A stretch of DNA of 64,000 nt. Source: Octopus bimaculoides (lineage: Eukaryota). The notes beneath the pieces are model-generated. The model ran no database searches, was not told where the DNA came from, and saw nothing but the letters and a program-made list of their open reading frames with translations. Within the stretch, counting starts at the first letter, position 1. Every line of letters begins with the position of its first letter. The stretch lies in NCBI RefSeq assembly GCF_001194135.2, contig NC_068981.1:14872474-14936473 (forward strand), in the 5' to 3' direction. Below are positions 1-12,020 of the stretch, piece after piece. The position numbers and the translations under genes were made by a program.

Positions 1-427
1 GGAAAACATATTTAATCCAAGCGAAAGATGACAATAGTCAACTACGACATTTACTTCAGTTACTGTGTGTTTGCTCACACAATGCTTTGATGCCATTGAA
101 GAATTAAAAAAAAAACAGCTTTATGTAATTAAAAAGTATGTGGAATTAAAAAGGTTATGTCATGATTAACTTATATAATACATGAAGCAATTCCATATAT
201 GATTGGCTTTGTAACTTCATTCCCTAAATATGAAAGTGAGTTAGACCTCATCAGTTCCAACCGAATAGTGAATGAGTAATTATTCTATTCAGAGAGGCCA
301 AATATAGTTAAATATCAGAATCGTTTCTAAATAAGTATTGCAAAAGCATACGGTATAATACGTGCATATATGTGAATACATGTGTATATGTACATATTTA
401 TGAGCATATTTATATCTATCTATCTAT

Positions 428-435
428 ACACACAC

Positions 436-518
<83 letters not shown>
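428..518. repeat. Compound (CA)n(TA)n microsatellite
   Basis: Directly visible dinucleotide runs. Confidence 0.98.
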
Positions 519-519
<1 letters not shown>

Positions 520-520
<1 letters not shown>

Positions 521-850
521 GAGGCCATGCTGGAGCACCACCTTTAGTCGAGCAAAGCATCCCCAAGACTCATTATTTGTAAGCTTAGCACGTATTCTAT
601 CAATCTTTTCGCTGAACATCTATCTTACTGGGATATAAACGCACCAACGTCGGTTCTCAAGCGATGTTGGGCGGAAAACACACACACACTAACACACATG
701 AATATAGACACACACACACACAAAGACATATACGCATACACACAAACACACATTCGCCTGTATATATATACATGTGTGTGTGTGTCTATGTGTGTATGTG
801 TGTGTGTGTGTGCGTGTGTGTGTGTGTGTGTGCCTGTATTCATGTGTGAA
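520..850 (-). mobile_element. SINE family A, 3' part plus internal (CA)/(TG) tract; tRNA head missing
   Basis: gaggccatgctggagcaccacctttagtcgagcaaa...caagcgatgttgggcggaaaacacac aligns by eye with 34230-34400 and 57320-57490. Confidence 0.8.
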
Positions 851-899
851 AGTGTGTGAGAGAGTATCTATTAGTATATATAAAATAATATATATGAAT

Positions 900-1158
900 T
901 ACGGAGATGTACTTGCATAGCAATTGACCTAATCTGAGATCGTGTGCTGGAACGAAAACAATTGCAGCGTGGAAGGTGTCTATAGGTCATTTAAAATAAC
1001 ACACAAAAACCGTTAGATTCACTTCAACATTTAAATCTAATGTGTCAAAATATTTTCGTCGCTTTGAGCATGCGACTTGTTCACTGACAAAATTCACCTG
1101 TTCACTGAGATACAGCACAGAATTTTGTCAGTGAACAGGTCGCGACCGCAAAGCGAAG
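900..1158. mobile_element. Palindromic foldback element, copy 1 (right arm truncated)
   Basis: acggagatgtacttgcatagc...ttgcagcgtggaag...cttcaacatttaaat is shared with 47418-47708; internal hairpin gcgacttgttcactgacaaaattc / gaattttgtcagtgaacaggtcgc. Confidence 0.8.
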
Positions 1159-1159
1159 A

Positions 1160-1480
1160 AACAGCCCTCACCGTTTGTTTTTACTGTCTTGTTCTACTGT
1201 CTTGTTTTTACTGTTTATATTGTTGTTATTGTCGTGTTCTCACAGTCCTGTTCTTGTTAACACTTTCACCCTCAGAAAGATATTCCAAATTTTATTTAAT
1301 TTGCTTTACGAGAAGAACGGTTCGAACGAAGTAGCGTATTGTCCTTGCCTTCGAACGCGGAGTAGATGGAAGAGGGACAACCGACGAAAGGATATACTCT
1401 TTATGTTGCGTGTCTCATTTCTCTGTTTATTTCGTTGTTCAAAAAAAGTTCGTTTTCTGTTTTCGTTTCTCATTGGGCTT
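1160..1480 (+). repeat. Dispersed pyrimidine-rich repeat, possibly a Penelope pLTR derivative; related to 28585-28800 (-)
   Basis: ggacaaccgacgaaagggatatactctttatgttgc resembles the reverse complement of 28625-28670 (ggacagccaacatctgatgaagggtcatttttatgttac). Confidence 0.45.
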
Positions 1481-1637
1481 AACGTTGTTTGTGATATCCG
1501 TGCCCATATATGCATGTATGTATACATAACAAATGTAGGTATGCACATATATGTATGGATATATGCATATATCTCTATTTTATTTATATTATTATACGAT
1601 CGAATGCCACGCATCCTTTTCGAAGTAAGTTTTATCC

Positions 1638-1764
<127 letters not shown>

Positions 1765-1794
1765 GATAAGACAAGTGCCACTGGCACTCTGTCA

Positions 1795-2101
1795 CTTGCG
1801 ACGACGAGAGCGTTTTAGTTGATACAATCGACGGAATAGCTCCTCGTGAAATTTGCATGCATGTGACTGAGTACTCCACAGGCACATGTACCTTCCTTTA
1901 ATGTATCATTGATCTCAGAGAAACTCTAATTGACACAGTATGACAAGGTTGGTCCTTTGAAATACTCATTATTGTCCCTTGAGTAGACTAGAGGAACGTG
2001 AAGGAAATTGTCTTGCTCAAGGACACAACGTTTCACTGAGAATTGAACTCATACCTTAATATCCTAACCTGAATACCTTAACTACTAATCCACGCTCTTT
2101 C
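1795..2101 (-). mobile_element. tRNA-derived SINE family B with tail X, diverged
   Basis: Minus strand: A-box-like tggattagtagttaagg, B-box-like gagttcaattctc, then gtgtccttgagcaagacaat; tail aligns with 29811-30135 and 58287-58590. Confidence 0.75.
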
Positions 2102-2139
2102 ATGCTCACACTCACACACACAAACGTACAACACACGCG

Positions 2140-2170
<31 letters not shown>

Positions 2171-2666
2171 ACACACACATGCACACACNNNNNNNNNNNN
2201 NNNNNNNNNNNNNNNNNNNNNNNNNNNNNNNNNNNNNNNNNNNNNNNNNNNNNNNNNNNNNNNNNNNNNNNNNNNNNNNNNNNNNNNNNNNNNNNNNNNN
2301 NNNNNNNNNNNNNNNNNNNNNNNNNNNNNNNNNNNNNNNNNNNNNNNNNNNNNNNNNNNNNNNNNNNNNNNNNNNNNNNNNNNNNNNNNNNNNNNNNNNN
2401 NNNNNNNNNNNNNNNNNNNNNNNNNNNNNNNNNNNNNNNNNNNNNNNNNNNNNNNNNNNNNNNNNNNNNNNNNNNNNNNNNNNNNNNNNNNNNNNNNNNN
2501 NNNNNNNNNNNNNNNNNNNNNNNNNNNNNNNNNNNNNNNNNNNNNNNNNNNNNNNNNNNNNNNNNNNNNNNNNNNNNNNNNNNNNNNNNNNNNNNNNNNN
2601 NNNNNNNNNNNNNNNNNNNNNNNNNNNNNNNNNNNNNNNNNNNNNNNNNNNNNNNNNNNNNNNNNN

Positions 2667-3000
2667 TAGCATTGAGTTGCTTCTGCAACATACTGAAAAT
2701 TTAGAAATAGCAGTCAAAGAACTACTGATTCTAAACTACAAATTTTTCTCTAAACGGATGGCGATATTTATGGCACACATAGAACAAACAATTTTCATTC
2801 TCTTAACCATGAAACGATCGTATCCGATTAACTAAAGACTTGTTTTGTTTATGCTTTTCCCTCCGGTTTTTTGTTCTATGTGTGCCATAAATATCGCCAT
2901 CCGTTTAGAGAACAAATTGTAGTTTAGAATCAGTAGTTCTTTGACTGCTATTTGTAAATTTTCAGTATGTTGGAGAAGCAACTCAACGCTAATCCCTGTA
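2667..3000. mobile_element. Tc1/mariner-type MITE with about 120-bp inverted arms; left end lies in the gap
   Basis: 2667-2785 is nearly the exact reverse complement of 2870-2991; right end is ...ccctgta followed by TA. Confidence 0.85.
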
Positions 3001-3506
3001 TATTTTATATATATATATATATATACACAAATTGCATTTTTTATCCCCTATTTTATGGGGCTTCGCAGTACTAATAATTTTTGCCTTTAATAAATAGCTA
3101 ATATTTTCATCCTTGAGTGGTTATATAAGCGTGATAAGACTTGTTGGAAATCTAGAATTATTTTTAAACTATCTTGACAGCTAGGAAATCACTCATTAAG
3201 TTTGAGATAAATATTGGATTAGGAAAGATCGGCCAGATATGTTCGACATAACTATGTTTTGTAGGAATTATATCAAATATTTACTTTGAAAAATAAATTA
3301 TTTAACACTAGGCAAGAACGAAGTCATTTGCTTACACAGACAGCGTTTTGTTTTTAAAAAAAAGTTTACATAATTGAATGCAATAAATTCAAAAACAATT
3401 TTTTCTACCCATAACTATAATAACAATAATAATGATTACGCATATAAGAATACAAGAACAGAATTCAATTTATAAGATTATACCTAATATAATCTAAAAA
3501 CACTTT

Positions 3507-3602
3507 AAAACAACAACAACAACAACAACAATAATAATAATAATAATAGCAAAAAACAATAACAACAACAACAACAACAATAATAATAATAATAATAACA
3601 AC

Positions 3603-3640
<38 letters not shown>
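3507..3640. repeat. (AAC)n/(AAT)n trinucleotide tract
   Basis: Directly visible. Confidence 0.97.
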
Positions 3641-3643
<3 letters not shown>

Positions 3644-4197
3644 CCCGGATGCAGTATCAAGCAGTGGCTCTCATGGCTTCTGATTTTAATTGATTGGAAG
3701 TGTTATCATGTACATTGTTTCGTCTTGGTATAAAAGATGGGTTACAGCAAATATTCTGCTCAATACCACATATTTGCTTGTCAGTTGTTTGACCTTAACC
3801 AGTTGAGCATGTCCCTTGGTGGCTGACGATAAGCGCATCTCTGATCATGAACAGAAGTATTGGGGGAGCATCATATTCATGTGTTGAGAGGAATTCTTTG
3901 AGGTTTGAATAATTCACCTTTGGAAACATGGGTGTTTCATTCAACAGCCTTAAACGAACTTTATTCAAGGACCTTTTGAGCGGGATGGGCTACTCGACCT
4001 CAAGAAAATTCTAACTGGGCCCCACCTGCAAGGTCATGCGCTGTTTATTTTGAGATATGAGATTTCTGTGTCGCGTACATATGGTTGTGATGCATGTCCC
4101 ATGTCTACCCTTATCAGACGGGTAGTCATGACAGGTATATTGGGCTTCGTATATTTTACCCCAGTGTCACTTTGATGGCATGCCCTGCTTTCTCACT
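3641..4197. mobile_element. Unclassified about 560-bp element embedded in an (AAT)n tract
   Basis: More GC-rich than the surroundings, with sharp borders and (AAT)n on both sides (3507-3640 and 4198-4297); no intact ORF. Confidence 0.55.
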
Positions 4198-4299
<102 letters not shown>

Positions 4300-4845
4300 T
4301 ATGCTAGAAAACTTATAAATTAAAACCGACTACTTCTTTTTATTAACCACGCGGTGCGTACTGCTGAATAACTATCCACAACTACTATTAGTAACCTTCA
4401 CAAAGATTTAAATAGTATAACCAACTCTGAAATTCATAAAAAAAAAACAGGTGACTATAAGGAATGTAAGATCATTCAAAGGAAACGTATTCTATAAGAA
4501 AACACTCCCCAATAGACCAAGACAATTTGCCTACTTAAAAAAATAACGTTGCCGGTGCTGCTGAGTTTTACCGACAATCAGTTGTAGAAAACAGCTTATC
4601 GATGAACGTCACCGATTATTACTAGTGCTACCAAGCTTAATTCAAACAAAGAACGGAGGAAACTTGCTCTTCGAACAATTTCGTATTTATACACCCTGAA
4701 GAGATCGTACCAATAATGCATAAATCACTGCTTTTAAGTATGTAGCTATATGTAATTAATACAACCGAATCAGTTTTCAGACAATTATTATGAATAAACC
4801 AACTGTAAATACACATAACGTTCAAAGTTTTCATCCTCCTTACCA

Positions 4846-4892
<47 letters not shown>

Positions 4893-5669
4893 GAGAGGGA
4901 GAGAGAGATAAAGCATGAGGGGTAGTGGGATAGTGAGGGAGATGGGGAGAGGGCTATTTAACTTTGAATTCCATTACGCAAGGACATATAAACAGTATTC
5001 AGAACTCTAGCTGCATACTTATATTTGAAAACAGAAAACGGTATAAAGACCGAGGTTATAATGGTTCAAGTTTCCTTTTAGGTTGTCCATTGTCATAAAC
5101 CACACAGTATAGACATAAAAGAAACATACCAAATTGGCGAGTTAGTTCGTATGTTATTAATTTATGTCATTTTCTAGGTGTTTTGCCAACAATATTTGTT
5201 ATATATAAAAAAATACCTAGAATCGGAATAAATAAATAATGAAATCATAAGAGATACTGCAAGAAATGAAAGAAATATTTAAGGTCTGGTTGCACACTGG
5301 GTAGTGATACGGTCTCAAAAGACATAAATACTAAGTTATTTTTCTCATATAATGAAAATTATTTCTGTTGATGCTCATATACGTTGGTGAAACTATATTT
5401 TCAACAAGTTTTTCGCCCCACTCTCTGTATCTCTACCACACAGACACGCACACACACACACAGGCACAAACACACACACACACAAACACATACACACACA
5501 CAAAAGCACACACACACACGACACACAAATACGCACATACGCACACACACATATCTTATTCAAGCATATATTTAGTGAGCGTTTGTGTGACTGCGTCAAA
5601 TATTGCATGATAATCGCCACTATTTGTCAATGAACCATCCAACCGCAATATTAGAGGATTAACCAAATT

Positions 5670-6300
5670 CTCACGCCAGTACAATTGCCACGCCCATAGG
5701 TAATAACTTATCTGGGGCCAGCGTCACCGAAGATCCTAGATCCAACGCTACAGATGATGAACAAACTATAGACATCGATAGTGTGACCAGGCCCACAACG
5801 TCTGTTACCACCAGTACAATCGCCACGCCTAGAAATGATGACAAATCGAGGCCCAGCAAGATGGAGAAGGTAACCCGCGTTCCCAGTACCACCACCACAG
5901 ATTATGACCAATGAATTATCTTCGATACCGATGGGAAGACCGGCCCCGCACCATTTTTTACCAGGGGTGCGAATAAATCCACATCCCATGGTTGTAAGTG
6001 TATTAGATCTGCCAGTATCTCTTTCAAGCGACGTTTTCTTAACCACCGATTATATTTCAGTCTCCCAGAAAGACAGTTTTTCACGTCCCTGACCCGCCAT
6101 TTATGGCAACTCAAACATCAAGGCACCCTGTGCGATATCAAGTGGAAATTAATTGATTATCCGGGCCAATATATTAATAGAAGTGTCCGTTGCAAGATCT
6201 CCATCGCGGAGTGAGTCAAAATTCTTAAGGACCATACGAAACTTGAGGCGTAAATAGTCGTAAACATTACTTCCTGGAAATGTAGATTTCCTCGTTTGCT
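5670..6300 (+). pseudogene. Penelope-like element GIY-YIG endonuclease remnant preceded by an in-frame Ser/Thr-rich linker
   Basis: From 5996 the frame reads KCIRSASISFKRRFLNHRLYF...TSLTRHLWQLKHQGTLCDIKWKLIDYPGQYINRSVRCKISIAE*. This matches the PLE pattern YIG...FKxRxxNH...SLSxxIWxLK...IKWxI...Y...xRCxLCxxE. Several in-frame stops. Confidence 0.75.
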
Positions 6301-6441
6301 CGTTAGGCCTCACCGGGTCTATAGGAGTTGGTTTTCTTCTTTCTGGTTCAGGGTAGATAATCCGTCGTCATTAACATTTGTTGTCATGACGTATTTCTCG
6401 ATTTCTGAGCGTTTCGTCACGTCTGCGACGTAGAAATTTTA

Positions 6442-6509
6442 AATGTTTGTCTTTATAGAGATACTGACGAGCTGTTCGCAAGGCTTTGGCTTTGAGGATG
6501 CGAAACATT
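6442..6509 (+). ncRNA. Type III hammerhead ribozyme candidate
   Basis: AAUGU-U (6442-6447); stem I UGUCUU/GAGAUA with UAUA loop (6448-6463); core CUGACGA (6464-6470); extended stem II (6471-6501); GAAA (6502-6505); CAUU pairs back with AAUG as stem III. Confidence 0.65.
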
Positions 6510-6609
6510 GGGCTATTCTATGTCCATGATACAAAATTTTGTTGTAACAATTACTACTCTATACTCTAGAGTGTGATTCTTTTCTGATAAATATTTTTAT
6601 TAACTAACT

Positions 6610-6720
6610 AATTTTATACATATTATTTACATTATTTACATTTGACGGACATTTGTCCTCAACTTCTTTGTTGCTAACACAACGTTTGAGCTGATATACC
6701 CTCCTGCCTGGAGGGTATAT
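6610..6720 (-). repeat. Possible Penelope pLTR-type fragment ending in a foldback (tataccctcc-tgcct-ggagggtata)
   Basis: 10-bp hairpin is visible. The pLTR assignment is inferred from acaacgttt..gctgatataccctcc and the nearby GIY-YIG remnant. Confidence 0.35.
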
Positions 6721-6884
6721 ACAAAAACTAGTACGAAATCTTTCACGTTGTATGCAACATAATGTATTTACCTAAATGTCTGTCAAATGTAAATAATGTA
6801 AATAATGTACATAATTCCTCATCTCTTAAACATAGAACTGTATCGACTTTATACATACATACATACATATATGTGTGTGGGGGG

Positions 6885-6933
<49 letters not shown>

Positions 6934-9419
6934 ATATATATATACATAAATACATGAATCTTTTTATACGTTATCTCGTTCACGTTTAGCCTCAAATCGT
7001 ACGCATGATTGAAATATACAGAGAGTTGTACATTTCTTCACTCGTATTACTTCCACGTTACATTATACAAATGCATCCGCGAATTTTCTATTTCTTAGCC
7101 CAATTTTGTTTTGTTTGTTTTCATACTCATTAATATCGATTGCAATTATCGATTTCTTGGAATGCAGGCAATTTTCCTCTTATAATTTACAAAACTTGAC
7201 CGAAACACCATATTGGGAGAACTGATTTGTTAACCTTTGAACTTATATATGAAAGTATAAACCCTGAAGGATTTGGAAAATTAATTCGTACTATGAATGC
7301 ATTTTGTTACTGTTTGCTATTAGTTATCCGGTTGTAATTTACATATTATAATATGTAAGTTTAAGGTATTAGATGTAACATGTAGTAAATACATTATTAT
7401 ACCAAATTTGAAGAATGGTATTTTAAAAAGTCTTTCTGGATTTCGGTAGCAATTACCATGGTTCTATTACGTGTTTGCTTAATATGATCCATTGTAAATA
7501 ATTTTTAGTTAACTTATAAACAAAGGTTATAGAAATGATTTACTAGTAAAAAAATTGTTCTATGCCTATTGAAAACTTAGATCAAGATACAATATTTCAT
7601 GATATACTTACAAACACTAGTACGATATCTTTCAAGTTGTATGCAACATAACGTATTTACCTAAACAACTTGATCTTTCAATTTTATAAAATATTTTAAC
7701 CATGGTTTCCTTACTTCCAGTAGAGTAATATAAAAAGACTTAAGTTACCTCAGCCAGAGTGTCATTTAACTTGAACGTAGTGTATTTTGATACCTGCTGT
7801 AAACTAAATATTTCTCTTAGAAAGTAAAACAAACAAAACTATATAAGAATATATAATAAACCCTAAGAAAATAATGTAAAAAGTAGAAGAGATTCGTTCC
7901 TAAATTACCACATTTACATGTCACTCATTTCTCCGAATGTACAGCAAGTTTGCATTAACAACTCAGCGATGTTTCAAACGGTATGGACGTATGTCAAGAT
8001 CGGACAGCTTGTTGTCTAGAATGCCGTTAGCATAGTAAATGTTTCACTCAGCTAGTATTTGTTATTCTGCAAGGTTGCAGCATATCACAATGAAAAGCAT
8101 CCAAAATACACGACAGGACAGAACATTAAAGGTAAACTAGCATGATGAAATAGCATGTCAGTTCAAGAAATAGTACATGGATACTTGTAAAACCTTTGTG
8201 TCAGAATACGTCCAATATGTCAATATCGCAACTTCGAAATGTGCTGTCGTTTTCGAGACATTTCTAAAAGCTACATCTGTGGTTGTTTTTTATCCAGCTT
8301 ATCTTAAATTTCACAGAGCTATGGTAAATAGATTTCTAAAATCTTATAATCATACCGTTTTCTGTAACAATACCTTCAGGTAGTGTATACTGATTATATT
8401 ATCTACCTTGTTATCATCATGTTTAAGAGAAAAAGATGTGATTTGAGGACGATGCGGCTGCTATGTCTCACAATATGGTGAATATGTGTAAGCTGCATTA
8501 TCTAACAAGTTTTCTTCGTTGGTGTGTTTATAATTGTAAATGGTCATGATGTAATTACAGATATACACATTTTATCACTTGCTGGTAACAATAAATTTAT
8601 TACGGTTTAGAACCTACAGTGAAGATTCAGGCACAATGAATTTTAATAAGTGGATCGCAATGCTTCATATGCTACAATAATTTCCCGAATACCAGGTGCT
8701 TACTGAAAAAGACGCCTCTGACAGATACTGAATGAACATGTGCAGTGAAAACCTGAACTTTAAGTCACAGAACATCATAATTAAAGAATATACATATGGC
8801 GATGTATTTGGTTACTTACTTAATACGGAAGTAAGTGCAGGTCGCACGATCTCTCGTAGCCCTCTCAGACTGATGATCTTCATGGTGTTAATGTTTCCTT
8901 CAAACTGTTGCCAGGAAGACATAAATAAGGAGAATATTCTAGCTGCTCATGTAGTGGAGAGGAATATGTTCAGTGTCAGATCGGGGAGTAATTGGGTACA
9001 GCATAGGTAAATTAAGGTTGAGTTGCCTGCGTGTAGGAAGTACAAGGTCAAGCAGATCTAAGTGCAGAATACAATATAGGAGAATGTAATAAAATTAAGA
9101 ATCAGTGTATTGACTTCTTTATCACGGATAGATACATGGTACACATATACAATTGCGAATAGATGTCACTTCTGTGTTTTTTCCACAAACTTGACGTTCG
9201 TTATTCCAGAAAAGTAAAAAGGCAAATATTTTTTCTAGTATACCATTTAAAATCTAGCGTTAGTTGTATTTAGTCCATATTTGGTTTATGTCAGATACTC
9301 CGTTTTGTTTTTCTTACAACAAAATATTCTCCCAAATGTTTTCTCAAATACGATCAAGTAATATATGGTATTTATATAAGTTGCATTCGTATTGACTCTT
9401 TGAAATAAATACAGTACAC

Positions 9420-9502
<83 letters not shown>

Positions 9503-10775
9503 GTATATGTATGCATGTATGTATATATATTTTCATATGAACTGGAAATATAATGGGAAGGATTCTTAGACATTAATTATTTACAGCATATCTCGATATG
9601 TACTTCACTTCGTTTCTGTGCATTTTTTCTGTTCATAACTTCCTATTAATTTCATTTAGATCAATAATGCAGAAACCATTACTTCACTTCGAAAAGTGTA
9701 TCCATCAGCCATTGATTTATGGAAGAGAAAATATAATGTTTGACATATTTGACATCTCTGAAGTATCTCGAAATATGAACACGAAACGATTCATGGATCT
9801 ATCAATTTTTCAGAAAGACAAGTAAAATATTTTGTCACGTCACTCTAGGGTGTGCAAAATGTAATATGAACAAACGTAAGTGCATGTATGTAACTCTATG
9901 TTTTCCTTTCTTGAAAAGAATAACATGAGCTCTTTCAAGTATTGTGGACATACACGATTCGCATTTTTAGATATTTACATAACATTAGTACCGATCACAT
10001 TTTCAAGAATAAAATATTTGGGATTTTTTTAACATTTTGGTCGATACTGTTGCTTGTACATACATAATACTTTCCTACATTTTTTTTCCGTAGTGAAGAG
10101 ACATATTTTATTCGAAATGATATGATATTAAAATAAATATAAAAATATTACCTGGTTATTAAATTGTTGAATACACTCACAGAGTATCATAATATCACCT
10201 CATATATTTCCTTCCTATCATAAAAATATTACGGATAAATAACTGGCGAATAAGCTTACACAAATATTTGGATGAAGGTGAAATAAAAACTTTAAAATAT
10301 AATGTCGAAATATTTGAGATGAAAATATAATGTCATCACGTTTACTATTTATTATTTCGGAAAAAATTTAGAAAATATTTTTATGAGATATTACAACGGT
10401 TCAGTAGTAATTGTATTGCACTTTTGGACAGCGACAACATACGTACACATGCATACACACTCGCATGTGTATATGAAGGTGTATATATATATATATNNNN
10501 NNNNNNNNNNNNNNNNNNNNNNNNNNNNNNNNNNNNNNNNNNNNNNNNNNNNNNNNNNNNNNNNNNNNNNNNNNNNNNNNNNNNNNNNNNNNNNNNNNNN
10601 NNNNNNNNNNNNNNNNNNNNNNNNNNNNNNNNNNNNNNNNNNNNNNNNNNNNNNNNNNNNNNNNNNNNNNNNNNNNNNNNNNNNNNNNNNNNNNNNNNNN
10701 NNNNNNNNNNNNNNNNNNNNNNNNNNNNNNNNNNNNNNNNNNNNNNNNNNNNNNNNNNNNAATATGCATGTATAT

Positions 10776-10837
<62 letters not shown>

Positions 10838-12020
10838 GTATGTATACATATATTCATAATATATTCTGTAAAAGCTTATAGACAGATTTTATTTTTTATT
10901 TTAGTCGTAAAATAAATTTCACATGATTACAATCAATAAAACTCAGTCGATATTTGAATCATTGATAAAATATCATTGGTAGCATTAAAATTTACATAGT
11001 TGCTAGCTCACGTAATGATTACGAAGGGTCAATGAACATATGAATATATGTGTCTGTCTGTCTGTCTGTCTGTATGTATGTATGTATGTATGTATGTCTG
11101 AATATATGCACAACCACATGTAGACATAGGCACAAGTATATAAGCATAATATTCATATCATGTACGTATGAATATATAAAATTATATTTCCATCAAAAAC
11201 AAGTTGCATCTCCAAACGCTTGTAATAAATGTACCCATTACGCAGAGGAATAGACATCTTCAGACGCGGTCCAATGATAATTGCTTCCTTCGACCTAGAA
11301 ACTAAGAGCGTCCAATTTGCGAGCACACTCTAGTGTTAATATGTTTAGTGTCGGTCTATAGTTTCGTAACTAGCCCTCTGCTGCCTCTCACTTCCTACGA
11401 GCAAAGGCTTTATTCTCTAACATAATCCAACGCCATTTAGCATCGTCCGTATTCGATATATCAAAGAATCCTCTAAAACAATCTCCTTGGAATCCCGCTA
11501 AATAATCTGGGCGTCTTGTAGTAAAATGCTCTACCGTACTGTAGCTGTAGCCGTTTCGTGTTCGACCGTAAGCATGATAAATCACATTTTCCCTACTTTA
11601 GTTGATGTTCCTCCAGTATTTCTAATGCCGGACTATGCGAGAATATTATGGATATATTGACATGATTTCACTTCAATCTATTTTGGCTAAGTGCTATATT
11701 TCACTTCTTATGATTTGCACCGAGTGGCAAGAAACTGTACGTAGGTGTTATACCTCATTTCTCTATCTCTCAGATATGTTGGTATTGAGGTACTGTCATA
11801 CACGTCTTACAACAGGAAGGATATGTGAATAGGATTTGTCCCTAAGGGTCTGTTAATGCATTATTCCTCTTTAAAAAGGTTGTTTTTGGTCAATGCTCTC
11901 TGAGAAACTAGCTCTACAGCACATGCTTTTGTACTTTTTCATATATATATATGTATACATCGTTGTATGTATGCATCGTTGTATGTATGTGTGTATGTAT
12001 GTATGTACGTATGTATGTAT

